NCBI GenBank assembly: GCA_028826165.1 | Contig: JAPDFW010000037.1 | Span: 1-58,281, forward strand | DNA length: 58,281 bases | DNA from: Anaeramoeba ignava BMAN | Taxonomy: Eukaryota > Protista > Anaeramoebae | Direction of reading: 5' to 3' | Shown here: piece by piece, positions 36,194 through 49,400 of the stretch | How positions within the stretch are numbered: the stretch's first letter is position 1 | How the letters are laid out: each line of letters starts with the position of its first letter | Position numbers and translations under genes: made by a program | Notes under the pieces: model-generated | The model's input: only the letters and a program-made list of their open reading frames with translations | Database searches by the model: none | What the model was told of the DNA's origin: nothing

Positions 36194-37442
36194 TCACAGA
36201 TCCCATTCCACAAAACTTGAACGAATGGAATCAATCATTTGAGTGACTTCCTTTTGTTCTTGAAGTAATCCAACAAGACGGTTATGGTATTTCTTAAGGG
36301 AAATATTTGAATCGATGAGAGTTTTTTTTGTGTCTTTTTCATTTTCTAAAGAATTTAAACCACGTTGTAAATGTTCTTCAAGCTGTTTGTATTTAAATCG
36401 AAACTCCTTCTCTTCTATATTCAGTTGGCGGATCATATTTCCGCAAATATCTTGTTTTTCCTGCAAAACGCGAGCAAAAATAACTTGGAGATTGGATAAT
36501 AACTCGATAACATTTTGATTTCCATCTTCAGGATTCTGGTTTAATTCATATTTTGTCTCGAGAATCAGCTTGAAAACTTTATTATCAAACTCTTCAAAGT
36601 GCTGGAAAGGAACTTTATAGTTCTGTTCTCCGGGCGAAGATTGTACATTATGAGTTTTGTCAATTTTCTTTTCAAAATTCGGATTCAAAGTGTTCATTAA
36701 AATAGGGACACTTGAACTTATTTGCCTTCTTTGTGAAAAGGAAATTGACGTATTTGCCATATCATTTCCGTTAAAGTTCGAAATTTTTTGACTTTCACTT
36801 TTTTGTAATTTTTTTGGATTTATTGGTTGTTTGTTTGATTTTCTCTTTGGCTGTTTGTTTAAAGAAGGGTAGACAATCTTCATTAGCTCGCGTTCTTTAT
36901 CATTACGGAAAAGAATATGTTTTGCAAAATCCGAGCGCATTTGTTCCATTTGACCTTTTGTTGGTGATCTGTTAAGATTTCGAAAAACTACTTGAATCAT
37001 TGGTTCTTTCCCAATTCGTAGAAGTGTTGCCCAGCAATCTAACCACACCTCTTTACCGATAACAGTATTTGTTGTCCAGATGAATCGGATATTTTTTTCT
37101 CTATTTATTTTATTTGGCGAAAATTAATTACATTTTTTTTTTCCTTTTTTTCCTTTTTTGTTTTTTTTACTTTGATATTTTTTGAATAAGAAAATCAATT
37201 GTTGGTTTTGAATCCATTTCAAACATTGGTTGTTCTCTTTTAGAAAGCGATAATACTGTGTGTTCTTTTAATTTATCAGGTGAGTTTATGTTGTTACATT
37301 GAAGTACTTGTTCGTTAACTTCTTTGAAATGTCCTTCAATATCTAAAAGTACTAATGATTCATTTGAATTGTGAAATGTTTCAAAATAAATAGATTCTTG
37401 TTTTTTTTTAATTATTTTATAATATGATAAGTTAGCTCCCAT
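36194..37442 (-). CDS. N-myristoylated PAS-domain protein with C-terminal coiled coil, 2 exons (intron about 37099-37170)
   Basis: MGANLS start; FHNSNESLVLLDIEGHFKEVNEQ (PAS N-half) spliced to IRFIWTTNTVIGKEVWLDCWATLLRIGKEPMIQVVFRNL (PAC-like beta strands). Confidence 0.6.
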
Positions 37443-37754
37443 TTTAAACAGAATAAATTTAAAAAAATGAAAAAAAAGAAAAAAATGAAAAAACAAAAAC
37501 CGTTTATTTTTTTTTAAATAAATTTTTAAATATATTTTTATATATATTTTTAAATATATTTATTTAGATTTTTATTTATATTTTTATTCTAATTTTTATT
37601 CCACTTTTTAAATAAATTTTTAAATAAATTTTTAAATAAATTTTTATTTAGATTTTTATTTATATTTTTATTCCACTTTTTAAATAAATTTTTATTCTAA
37701 TTTTTTAATTTATATTTTTAAATAAATTTTTAAATTATATTTTTATTTAAATTT

Positions 37755-40001
37755 TTATATAGATTTTTGAGTTTCTAATTGAATTGAAACATTATTTGGA
37801 TGAACAATTTGAGAATCAAAAAGAATTTGCTTAATTTGTTGAAGAATCAAATGAGAATTAGGAATTCGATCTTGAAAAACAGTAACAACACTCAAAGAAG
37901 CAGAAAGTAAACTTTCAGAAACATGATTAAAATGGAAATTTTTCACACTTTCAACTTGAGGAATTGATTCAATTTTTGGAATAACTTGATTGATGAAAGT
38001 GGAAATATCCGGTGTTTGATCCAAAAGAGTTCTTAAAGTATTCTTGAAAAGACCAAAAACACTCAGAAATATTGTGCAAGATAAAATCATTGAGCAGATG
38101 GAATCCATTATTACCCAGTTATAGAAATGAACCAACAAAGAAGATATAATAACTGCAACTGAACCAAGTGTGTCTGCAATAATATGAAAAAAAACTCCTT
38201 GAAGATTGGGATTTTTTTTTGGAACCCCATTTCCAAGAGAATTCAAATTCTCTTCATCTAGACTTAGTGATGAATTTTCTAAGCCACTTTCTGTTATTGC
38301 AGTTGTAGAAGTGTCAGAAAAAAGAATGATCCCCAAAATATTCACAAAAAATCCTAAAACAGATATCAAAATCAAATGATCAGTATAAATCACTGGCGGA
38401 TTCAATGTTCGTTCAATTGCCTCAAAGAAAACAAAAACGGAAATGAAAATCAACAAACAAGAGTTCGAAAATCCGCTGATAATTTGAGTTCTTTGATATC
38501 CAAACGGAAATTTATCGTTTGATTCCCATCTTGAAATGATTGAAGCAACAAGTCCAATGATCAACGATGTGCAGTCAAAAAGCATGTGGAAAGCATCGGA
38601 AATTAATCCCAACGAGTTTGTCATGATTCCATATGCAAACTCGAAGAACATGAAGATGAAATTGATGGAAAAAAAAAGAAACAATGATCTGGACTCTTTG
38701 GAATTGAAAATTTCCTTGAAAAGTGAGTGTAAAGTTGCCGTCATTTTATCCTTGTTGAAAATGATGAATTTGACTTCGTTTCCATGTGATTGAACCATTT
38801 CCTCTTGATTTAAATATTCTACAGTTGTATAAACACTGCTTGTTGGTCTTGTGTTGATATTTGAAAAATCAATCAATATCATTCCAACCAAAACAAGAAA
38901 AAACAAAAAGAAGGTCGATTTTAATGAAATATCATTAACAGACACATCAAAAAACCGCGAGATGAGAACTGAAACAAAAGTTATAATATACATCAAATAA
39001 AATGTTAATCCTGCAAACTTGTTTGAAATGTAAATTGTATTCATAAAACCCAAAAAACGAACCAAAACGGAAATTATAATGTAAAAGACCAAAAGAATCC
39101 AAAATAAAAAGCTCCTCAAAAAATCAAATGATCCACAGAAGAACACCTGCCATATTGCAAAAGGAAAAGATACCGTCAGCGAAATGAGCAAAACTGTGGA
39201 AATTGATGACGATTTCGGAACAAATTTCGAAGAGTTCAAATCAATCATCATTGAAGTCAGTGATGATAAATAAAGAATCAGAGGGGAAGCAACGCCAATA
39301 GGAACAGAGAAAAAAAGAATGTTCATCATTTTAGTGGTTGATTCAATTGTATTCCCCAAATAATGCAAAAGTTGGTGATGATGTAAAATTGGGTTGTTGA
39401 TTTTTTGAGCGAATTGAGTTGAATTGAGAAGAATGAAAATTACAAAAAACGAAGAAATAATGAATAGTGATCCAACAAACTTCATTGTGGAACTGCGTCT
39501 GGTTGAAATATTGGTGTTGAAAATTAGTTTGAAAGCATTTGAAACTCCAACTCCAATAAACATTGATAAAATTGTTATCATAATATTTGTGTATTTAATT
39601 GAACTGAAAAAAAATAAATATTGCAAATAAAGTAGAATTCCTGTTTCAGTATTCACATAAATATTCATTTTTCGATCATTTGAATAATATATATTTAAAT
39701 TGCTTTCTTTTTCTCCTTCTCTTTCATTTGTTCTTGAAATAATTGCAATGCTATTGTTACTATTGTTATTATTATTATTGTTCATTTCTTCGTTTTTGTT
39801 TGAATTCAAAAATAAATTGAAAACAAAGTGATAAATTTTGAAAATTAATAAATTCAAAAAAACAAATAGAGATATTGGAATATCAAATGTCTGAAATAAC
39901 TTATTTGCTATTATATAAGAAATAACGATTAAAATTTGTGAAATTATTGATAAAACAAAATTTAAAGAAGAATTTCTATTTAAATTAAATTGATTAATCA
40001 T
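37755..40001 (-). CDS. Cation diffusion facilitator zinc transporter, ZnT5/Msc2-like (extended N-terminal TM region)
   Basis: TNSLGLISDAFHMLFDC, FPFGYQR, NLQGVFFHIIADTLGSVAVIIS. About 9-10 extra N-terminal TM segments. Confidence 0.9.
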   Translation of the reverse strand: MINQFNLNRNSSLNFVLSIISQILIVISYIIANKLFQTFDIPISLFVFLNLLIFKIYHFVFNLFLNSNKNEEMNNNNNNNSNNSIAIISRTNEREGEKESNLNIYYSNDRKMNIYVNTETGILLYLQYLFFFSSIKYTNIMITILSMFIGVGVSNAFKLIFNTNISTRRSSTMKFVGSLFIISSFFVIFILLNSTQFAQKINNPILHHHQLLHYLGNTIESTTKMMNILFFSVPIGVASPLILYLSSLTSMMIDLNSSKFVPKSSSISTVLLISLTVSFPFAIWQVFFCGSFDFLRSFLFWILLVFYIIISVLVRFLGFMNTIYISNKFAGLTFYLMYIITFVSVLISRFFDVSVNDISLKSTFFLFFLVLVGMILIDFSNINTRPTSSVYTTVEYLNQEEMVQSHGNEVKFIIFNKDKMTATLHSLFKEIFNSKESRSLFLFFSINFIFMFFEFAYGIMTNSLGLISDAFHMLFDCTSLIIGLVASIISRWESNDKFPFGYQRTQIISGFSNSCLLIFISVFVFFEAIERTLNPPVIYTDHLILISVLGFFVNILGIILFSDTSTTAITESGLENSSLSLDEENLNSLGNGVPKKNPNLQGVFFHIIADTLGSVAVIISSLLVHFYNWVIMDSICSMILSCTIFLSVFGLFKNTLRTLLDQTPDISTFINQVIPKIESIPQVESVKNFHFNHVSESLLSASLSVVTVFQDRIPNSHLILQQIKQILFDSQIVHPNNVSIQLETQKSI

Positions 40002-40900
40002 TTTGAAAAAAGAAAAAAAAATGAAAAATGAAAAAACTTTTTTTTTATTTTTTTAATTGCTTTTATAATTGAAGAATAGATCCTTTTAATTTTCTTTTTT
40101 CTTGAATCTTTTTTTTTGGAAAATTTTTGGAAAGTTTTGATTGATTTTATTTAATTTTAGAATAGATTTTGATTTTTAATTTTGATTTTATTTCTTGATT
40201 TTGATTTTTTTTAAAAATTTTTTGGAAAATTTTGATTTTGATTTTGATTTTGATTTTGATTTAGATTTTGATTTGATTTGATTTGATTTTGATTTTGATT
40301 TAGATTTTGATTTTGATTTTGATTTAGATTTAGATTTAGATTTTGATTTTGATTTGATTTTGATTTTGATTTTGATTTTGATTTTGATTTTGATTTAGAT
40401 TTTGATTTTGATTTGATTTTGATTTTGATTTTGATTTTGATTTTTGATTTTTGATTTTGATTTTGATTTTGATTTGATTTTGATTTTGATTTTGATTTTT
40501 GATTTTGATTTTGATTTAGATTTTGAATTTGATTTTTGATTTTGATTTTGATTCGATTTTTGATTTGATTTGATTTTGATTTTGATTTTTATTTTGATTT
40601 TTGAATTTTGATTATTTTCAATTTGATTTTGATTTTGATTTTGATTTTGATTTAGATTTTGATTTTGATTTTGATTTTGATTTTGATTTTGATTTTGATT
40701 TTGATTTGATTTTGATTTTGATTTTGATTTTGATTTTGATTTTGATTTTGATTTTGATTTTGATTTAGATTTTGATTTTGAATTTGATTTTTATTTTGAT
40801 TTTCAATTTGATTTTGAATTTGATTTTGATTTTGATTTTGATTTTGATTTTGATTTTGATTTTGATTTTCGATTTGATTTTGATTTTGATTTTGATTTAC

Positions 40901-43190
40901 CTTTATTATTATTTGAAAGAATCCATAAAGCTTCAAATCCTTTTTCTTGAATGACTTGATTATTTGAAAAATTAATCATTGCTGTTATAATTGCTTCAAT
41001 TCCTTTTAATTCCCTTATTTCTTTTTGATTTTCTTTTTTATTTGATTTTGATTTTGATTTTAATTTTGATTTTGATTTTGATTTTGATTTTGATTTTGAT
41101 TTTGATTTTGATTTTGATTTTGATTTTGATTTTGATTTTGATTTTGATTTTGATTTTGATTTTGGTTTTCATTTTGATTTACTTTTATTATTATTTGAAA
41201 TATTTAATAAAGCTTCAAATCCTTGATATTGAATAACTTGATTATTTGGGAAATTAATCATTGCTGTTATAATTGTTTCAATTCCTTTTAATTCCCTTAT
41301 TTCTTTTTGGTTTTCTTTTATTTGATTTAATTTTTGAAAGTGAATTTTACTAATCAGTCCATAAAATGGTTTTCCATTATTTTTTCTTAGTTTACCTTTT
41401 TTAATAAGAAAATTTACTAATAATGTGCATCCTTGATATTGAATAACCAATTTATTTGGGAAATTATTCATTGCTGTTATAATCGTTTCAATTCCTTTCA
41501 ATTTTCTTATTTCTTTTTGATTTTCTTTTTTATTTTGATTTTATTTGATTTGATTTTGATTTTAGTTTTAATTTTTGGAAATGTTTTTATTTTTGATTTT
41601 TGATTCATTTTTTATTCATTTTTATTTGATTTACCTTCATTATTAATAGAAATATTTAATAAAGTTTCACATCCTTTATATTGAATATTTTTATTTTTTG
41701 GGAAATTATTCATTGCTTTTATAATTGTTTCAATTCCTTTCAATTTTCTTATTTCTTTTTGATTTTCTTTTATTTTGATTTTATTTGATTTGATTTTGAT
41801 TTTGGTTTTTTGGAAATATTTTAATTTTTTGGAAATGTTTTTATTTTTGATTTTTGATTCATTTTTTATTCATTTTTATTTGATTTACCTTCATTATTAA
41901 TAGAAATATTTAATAAAGTTCCACATCCTTTATATTGAATATTTTTATTTTTTGGGAAATTATTCATTGCTTTTATAATTGTTTCAATTCCTTTCAATTT
42001 TTTTATTTCTTTTTGATTTTCTTTTTTATTTTGATTTATTTTGATTTTGGTTTTGGTTTTGATTTAATTTTTTGGAAATATTTTTATTTTTGATTTTGGT
42101 TTTGATTTGATTTAATTTGATTTAATTTGATTTACTCTCATTATTAATAGCAATATTCCTTAAAGTTCCACATCCTTGATATTGAATAATTTGATTATTT
42201 GGGAAATTATTCATTGCTTTTATAATTGTTTCAATTCCTTTCAATTTTCTTATTTCGTTTTGATTTTCTTTTTTATTTGATTTTTAATTTTAATTTTTTG
42301 GAAATGCTTTTATTTTTGATTTTTGATTCATTTTGATTTACTTTTATTATTAATAGAAATATTTAATAAAGTTCCACATCCTTGATATTGAATAATTTGA
42401 TTATTTGGGAAATTATTCATTGCTTTTATAATTGTTTCAATTCCTTTCAATTTTTTTATTTCGTTTTGATTTTCTTTTTGATTTGATTTGATTTGATTTG
42501 ATTTGATTTGATTTAATTTTTTGGAAATGTTTTGATTTTTGATTCATTTTAATTTACCTTGATTATTAATAATAATATTCCTTAAAGCTCCACATCCTTT
42601 TTCTTGAATATCTCGATTATTTGGGAAATTATTCATTGCTTTTATAATTGTTTCAATTCCTTTCAATTTTCTTATTTCGTTTTGATTTTCTTTTTTATTT
42701 TGATTTCATTTAATTTTAAAGTAATTTAATTTTTTGGAAATGCTTTTATTTTTGATTTTTGATTTTTGATTTTTGATTCATTTTAATTTACCTTGATTAT
42801 TAATAGAAATATTTAATAAAGCTTCACATCCTTTTTCTTGAATATCTCGATTATTTGGGAAATTATTCATTGATTTTATAATTGTTTCAATTCCATTCAG
42901 TTTTTTTATTTCGTTTTGATTTTCTTTTTTATTTTGATTTCATTTAATTTTAAAGTAATTTAATTTTTTGGAAATGCTTTTATTTTTGATTTTTGATTTT
43001 TGATTTTTGATTCATTTTGATTTACCTTGGTTATTAATAGAAATATTTAATAAAGCTTCACATCCTTTTTCTTGAATATCTCGATTATTTGGGAAATTAT
43101 TCATTGATTTTATAATTGTTTCAATTCCATTCAGTTTTCTTATTTCGTTTTGATTTTCTTTTTTATTTTGATTTCATTTAATTTTAAAGT
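40901..43190 (-). repeat. Tandem array of ten exon+intron cassettes (period 206-282 nt)
   Basis: Near-identical 132-nt exons (one 129 nt); flanking introns are also homologous, and the first three units have an exact 234-nt period. Confidence 0.92.
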
Positions 43191-46100
43191 AATTTAATTT
43201 TTTGGAAATGTATTATTGCCAAGAGAAAAAGTGGCACAAATAATTGATATCGAAGATTTTTTTTGATTAAAATTTGAAATTTATCTCGAAGTATTTATTC
43301 ATTATTTCTCAAATAGAATTAATTCTGGTTTTGAAAATGTTTTTGGTTTAATTGGTTCTTTTATTTACCTAAAAGGAGTGCGATATTTATCAAAATTGAA
43401 ATTGCTTTTTCTTGAATACTCTCATGATTTACCCAATTTCTCATTGATTGAATAATTGGTTGAATTCCATTTAATTGAAAAATTTCGATTCCGTTTTTCT
43501 TTCTGTTTTCGGTTTGGTTTTCTTTTTGTATTTTGTTTTATAATTAAAGAAGAAAATTCATGATATTTATTGAAAATATCATTATGTTTGAAATTAATAA
43601 TTTACTTTCTAATCCACTGGAAAGTCTTTGTAAGATTAATAAACTATTCTCTAGTATAAATTCATCCTTTAAAAAATTTTGAATCATTTGAAGAATAATA
43701 CCCATTTTTTCGTTTTGTTTCATTTTTAATCTATAAACTTTGATTTTGTTTTTTTATTTTTTTTTGAACAAAAAATGAATTCAAGCAGAATTATTTTGAG
43801 TTGATTTTTTTTTCACTTACTTTGCGTATCAAAAACAATGTGATTGAATATTTGAAATCCATTATATTGAATATTTTGATTATTTGGGAAATTAATCATT
43901 GCTTTTATAATTGTTTCAATTCCATTCAATTTGATAATTATATCTCTATTATCTTTAGGATTTATTAATTTATCAAAAGTTAATTTTGTGATAAAGAAGA
44001 CAAGAAAGAAAAAAGAAAATTTTTCCTACTTTGATATGTTTGTATAAATTCTTTTAAAATCAAAGATCCATTTTCTTGAATATCTTGGTATTTCGGACAT
44101 TGCTTCATAAATTTAATTATTTCCTCAATTGATTCTTTTTATTTTAAATTTTAAATTTTAAATAAAAAGAAGATTTTTTTTTTTAAATAATTTACTTTCA
44201 TTTAAATTTGGAATTTGGTTTTGGGATTTTTGTAAAATATATTTTGCTTTTTCGGAAACATTTTCTGCAAGTTCTTGTTTTAATTGTTTTTTCTTTTGTT
44301 TTTGTTTTTCAATTAACAATTTTTTTTGATTAATTTCTTCATTTTGTTTTTGATTTGTTTGTTGAAATTGTTGTAATTGTTTTTCTATTTTTTGAATTTT
44401 TTGATTATTTTCTTGATGAGATGTTTTGATTTTTTGATTTTCTTGATTTAATTTTTGATTTTCTTGATTTAATTGTTGATTTTCTTGATCTAATTGTTGA
44501 TTTTCTTGATTTAATTGTTGATTTTTTTGATTTATTAATTCTAATTGATGATTTGAAGGTAAAATTGGATTGTTTTGAATTTTTGGATCATTAATATTAT
44601 ATTTATCATTTTTGATATTATCAATTATATAATAAAAATCTTCAATATTATCTTGTATTTCTTGGATTTGAATTGGATCAATATATTGATATTTATTAAT
44701 TAAATTTTTATTTTTTTTTTCGAATTTTTGTTTCCATTGATGAGCTAATTTCCAAATTAAATCAATTTTGTTTTCTTTTGGTGTTGATTGAATGATTTGG
44801 ATAATTTTTTTTATTTGTGTATCATTAATTTCTCCAATTTGATTTTCTTCAATTTTATTTTCTTGAATTTGATTTTCTTCAATTTTATTTTCTTGAATTT
44901 GATTTTCTTCAATTTTATTTTCTTGAATTTGATTTTCTTCAATTTGATTTTCTTCAATTTGATTTTCTTCAATAATTTTATCAATATTTTTTTGAATAAA
45001 TATTTCACAAATATTTGAAAGAAAATGAGATTTAATTAATATACTTTTGAAATAAATCATAATAACATTTTTTTCATTGATGGTTTGTGTAATTTCTTTT
45101 TCAATTTTGATTTTTAAACTTGTTAATTTAAAATATTTTGCAACTTGGAAATATTTTTCAAATTTGTTTAAATCAAATTTAAATTCTGAATCATAACAAA
45201 ATGAAATGATTGGTTTAACAATTTCAAATTCAAATTTTTGGAGATATAATTCATCTTTATTTGGATTTTGATGATTTTCTTCATAAAAAAATCTTGATCT
45301 TGCATTAAGTATTGATTTATTACAAAAAATTTTTTCATTATTGTTTCCAACATAAATTACAAAATCACAATTTTCTTCATTTTGAAGCATTGTTTTGAAA
45401 TTTGAAATTAATTCACAAATCAAAAATATATTATATTCTTGAGGAATAAATTGATATAATTTTGATATTTGGATTTTTTTGGATTTTTCTTCAAAATAAA
45501 TTTCTTGAAATGAATTTTTTTTGATTTCAAATTGAATTTTATTTTCAATTTGGTTTTGATTTTGATTTTGATTTTGATTTTGATTTTGATTTTGATTTAG
45601 ATTTAGATTTTGATTTTGATTTTGATTTTGAATTCCATTTTGATTATAGATTTCCATTTGGATTTGTTTTTGCATCTCCATTATTTTGTTTTGATTTTGA
45701 ATTTGGATAATTTGATTTTGATTTTGGAATTGAATTTGAATTAAATTATTGAGAAGGTTTTGAATATGTGATTGATTTTGAATTAAATTTTGAACTAAAT
45801 TTTGAATTTGCTTTTCAGTTTTAGTTGTTGTCTTTTTTGCTTTTTGTTGAGTGGTTTGTGTTAATAATTGATTTTTTGATTGATTTTCAATAAAATTGAG
45901 AATTTGATTTTCCATTTTAGTTTGATTTCGAAGGATCATATCAACTTGATTTTGGATATTTATCTTTTGATTTTGATTTTGATTTGGAATTTGAATTTTC
46001 CTCTTTTGATCATTTTCATTTGCATTTTCAGTTTCGCTCTCAGTTTCACTATCAATTTCACTCTCAGTTTCGCTTATAGTTTTACTTATACTTTCGCTCT

Positions 46101-46318
46101 CAGTTTCGCTATCAATTTCACTCTCAGTTTCGCTATCAATTTGATTTAGATCTTCTTTGTCACTTTTATCTTCACTTTGACTTGATTTTTCTTTTTCATT
46201 TTTCTTTTTCTTTTTCTTTTTCTTTTTCTTTTTCTTTTTCTTTTTCTTTTGGTTTTTGGATTTGATATTTCTCTTTATTGATTTTTGGAAAGGATTTTAT
46301 TGGTTTTTTTGAATTCAT
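40901..46318 (-). CDS. BTB + coiled-coil + armadillo-like repeat protein; large first exon (46318-44196) followed by about 14 one-repeat exons
   Basis: ATG at 46318 (1-nt slip near 46200). BTB CDFVIYVG...IFCNKSILNARSRFF. Phase-1 GT-AG exons: 44134-44030, 43952-43821, 43737-43606, 43521-43369, 43157-43026, 42923-42792, 42689-42558, 42473-42342, 42267-42136, 42020-41889, 41766-41635, 41524-41396, 41314-41183, 41032-40901. Consensus ENQ.EIRKL.GIETIIKAMNNFPNN..IQ..GC..L.NI.INN. Confidence 0.85.
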
Positions 46319-46457
46319 CTTTTTTTTTTTGCTTTTTTTTTTAAAAGAGGAAAAAAATGAAAAAACTTTTTATTTCCTTTTTTTATTTTGAAAAAAGAAA
46401 AAAAATGAAAAATGAAAAAATTTTGTTTTATTTTTTTATTCACATTTTTTTTTATTA

Positions 46458-49400
46458 ATGACTTCAAAAACAAAACTTTCAATTGGTGCAAAGTGTAAAA
46501 CATCAACAGGACAAATTGGAATAATCAAATTTATTGGGAAAATACCAACATTTACAAACAAAATGATTGGAATTGAATTATCAAAACCAAGTAAAAATTA
46601 AAAAAAAAATAAAATTGAAAAAATATCTTTTTTAATTAATAAAAATATAAAGATGGAGATTCGAATGGAACTTTAAATGGAATATCTTATTTTTCAACTC
46701 AACCTTTACATGGAATTTTTGTTCCAATTAGTGATATTACTTTATTAAAAGTATTTTTATTTTTAATTAAATTAAATTAAATTAAATTAAATTAAATTAA
46801 ATTAAATTAAATTAAATTAAATTAAATTAAATTAAATTAAATTAAATTAAAAATAGAAAAGAACAGGTATTTTTATCAATTAGAATTTTAAACAAGTTTT
46901 ATATTTAAAAAATGAAAAAAAAAATATGCAAAAAATTTTTAATAGCTTCTCCACAAAAAGAAAAAGATTCAAATCAAAAAATAACAATTAAAAAAAATGA
47001 AAAAACTCAATTAAAAGATAATCAAGTGAAAAAAAAAGAAGGAGTTCCAAAACCAAAAGTAAAAACGCAGAAAGAGAATTTATCAAAAACAGTTTCTAAA
47101 ACGAAAACACAATCTAAAGTTGTGAAAAAAGTGGTTAAAAGAACATCTCCAGTTCAAAAACCAACTAAAATTGAATCAAAAACAAGAACTCCAGTTAAAA
47201 ATTTAAAAACAGTTGTTTCTAATCAAAAATCAGAAACAAAACCGAAACAGAAGCCAAAACCAAAACAGAATCCAAAAACAAAACAAACTCAATTAGCGAG
47301 TAATTTTTATATTAAAATGTAAAATTTAAAAAAAATATAATTTGAAAATTGGAAAAAATTTAAAAGAAAAAGAAGAACCAAAACCGATACAGAAAAAAAA
47401 ATCGAAACAAAAAGAAGAAGTGGATGTTACTAAGCTTCCATTAGATCAACAAATAGCCTTTTATCAATCAAAAATTGACCACATGTCAATTAAAATTGAG
47501 GAAATAGAATTTGAAAATGAAGAAACAAAAAATAAAACAGAAGAAGCACAATTAAAAATTGAGGAGTTGGAAATTGAAAAATCAGAAATTGAAGACGGAA
47601 TTGAATTTTCATCAGAAGCAATTCAAAGCAGACTTGCAGAAAAAAGATTTGATTTTCAAAAAGAAAAAACCGAGATTGAAAAGGAAATTTCATTTCTTCT
47701 TTTACAAAATAAAAAACTCAAGGAAAATTTAATTACAAAAAATCAATCACTTGCGGAAATGAAAAAAAACGGAGAGAAAATGGAAAATGAAATTGAGAAA
47801 AAAACGCAGGAAGTCGAAAAAAAACAATCGGAAATTACTCAATTAGAGGAAACAGTGCAAGAAATTGAGGATCAAAATAGTGAATTGCAAGCATTAGCAA
47901 AAGAAAGCCAAGATTATGGGAATGTTTTAACGGAAATGAGAAGTAAAAATGAAATGCAATCCAAAAAAATCGAGGAGTTAAAATCAACAGTTGTGGATTT
48001 AAGAGAACTCCACAAACTCACTCAGCAAGTGGATATGGAACAAACGGAAGTCCAAGAAAGTATAAGAAATGAAATTGAGGAAAATGAGCGCAAAACTCAA
48101 CAGCAACAAAACCAAACAAAAGAATTGAACGAGAAAATCGGTTTGCTTAAAACGCAACTTGATAATTATCGAAAAAACTCGCAGAAACTTCAGGAAACAA
48201 ACCAAAAACTCAAGGAAATTGATTTGGCACAAAAAAATATTCTTGAGTTTTCAAGCTCGATTGAGGATCAAGTCAAGAAAAAGCGCGCCAAAAACGAGGA
48301 ATTGAAAAAAAGAGGCGTTATTCTTCGCATGGAAAACGAGGCCAAAAAGGCAGAATATGAACAAGTCATTATGAAAAACAAGTTTTTTGAAAAAGCACTT
48401 ACGCCTCAAATACTAGATAATATTAAGAAATCATTTTCTACAGAATTATTCACTCATCGAATGGTTCGCAAAATTTCTGTTCTGGAAAAATATATCGAAA
48501 CAATGTTTCCTGCAAAGGCAATCATTGCAAAAATAACAGAGACAAATGAAAATGAGACTGATAAACCAAATAAAATGGAAGGCGATTCGCTTGAGGAAAT
48601 TAGTTTGAAAACCCTATTTTCATCAGGACTCGAATTCCAGCATCTCGAGTTTTTTTCTCGCCTCAAAAAATTCTTATCAGTCACAAGCTTCCAAATCGAA
48701 AAGCTTTCCGAACTCAATTTAAAATCGGATCAACAAGTTTTTTCTTCTTTGAATCAAGCATATTCAGTTTTCATGAAATTCGAGTCAAAAATTGACAATT
48801 TGATTTTCCTTTTTAAATCTAAGGAAATCACTTCCAATTTGGATCTTTCTTCTTTTGAAAATGCGCTCTCTCCTATCAAAAGCATGCTTGAGAATTATTT
48901 ACCAGATTCTTCACTTTCTTCCACAAAAAGAATAACAAAAACATTAACAATATTTTATTTCAACATTGCAGTATTTGTTTCATACACAGAAAGAGTCATC
49001 AGCGGGTTTACATCTTTTTCCCAAATTCGTTCCAGTTTAGATCCTACTACATCAGATGCCATTAATCTTAAATCCGGACTTTCAATCCAAGAAACTCAAC
49101 TTTTCGAACTTCTGAAATATCTTCAAAAATTGAATTCAAAACTTCTTATTGTTGTTGAAAGAATTTTAAAAGAAATTGAAAATGAAAATAGCCAATTTGC
49201 TTTCAAAGAAGAAAATGAAGAAAATGTGAAATTTTATTTAAAAACACAAACAAAAACTAAAAATACTCAATTTATTTTTTTTTTTCAAAACTTAGATTCA
49301 AAAACACCTTCAAATTCTCGAAAATTCAATTCAAAACATCAAGAAATTTACAAAGAAATTCAATAAATTTTTAGGTGTTTCGATTCCAACACAATTTTTA

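Noticed and set aside
40901-43190. Possible CRISPR-like repeat-spacer array
   Set aside because: The repeats are 132-nt coding exons bounded by AG/GT, the spacers are homologous introns, there are no cas genes, and the context is eukaryotic.
43160-43368. Additional exon inside the longer intron of the ARM array
   Set aside because: The frames tested from candidate AG acceptors hit stop codons; treated as intron, possibly a decayed exon.
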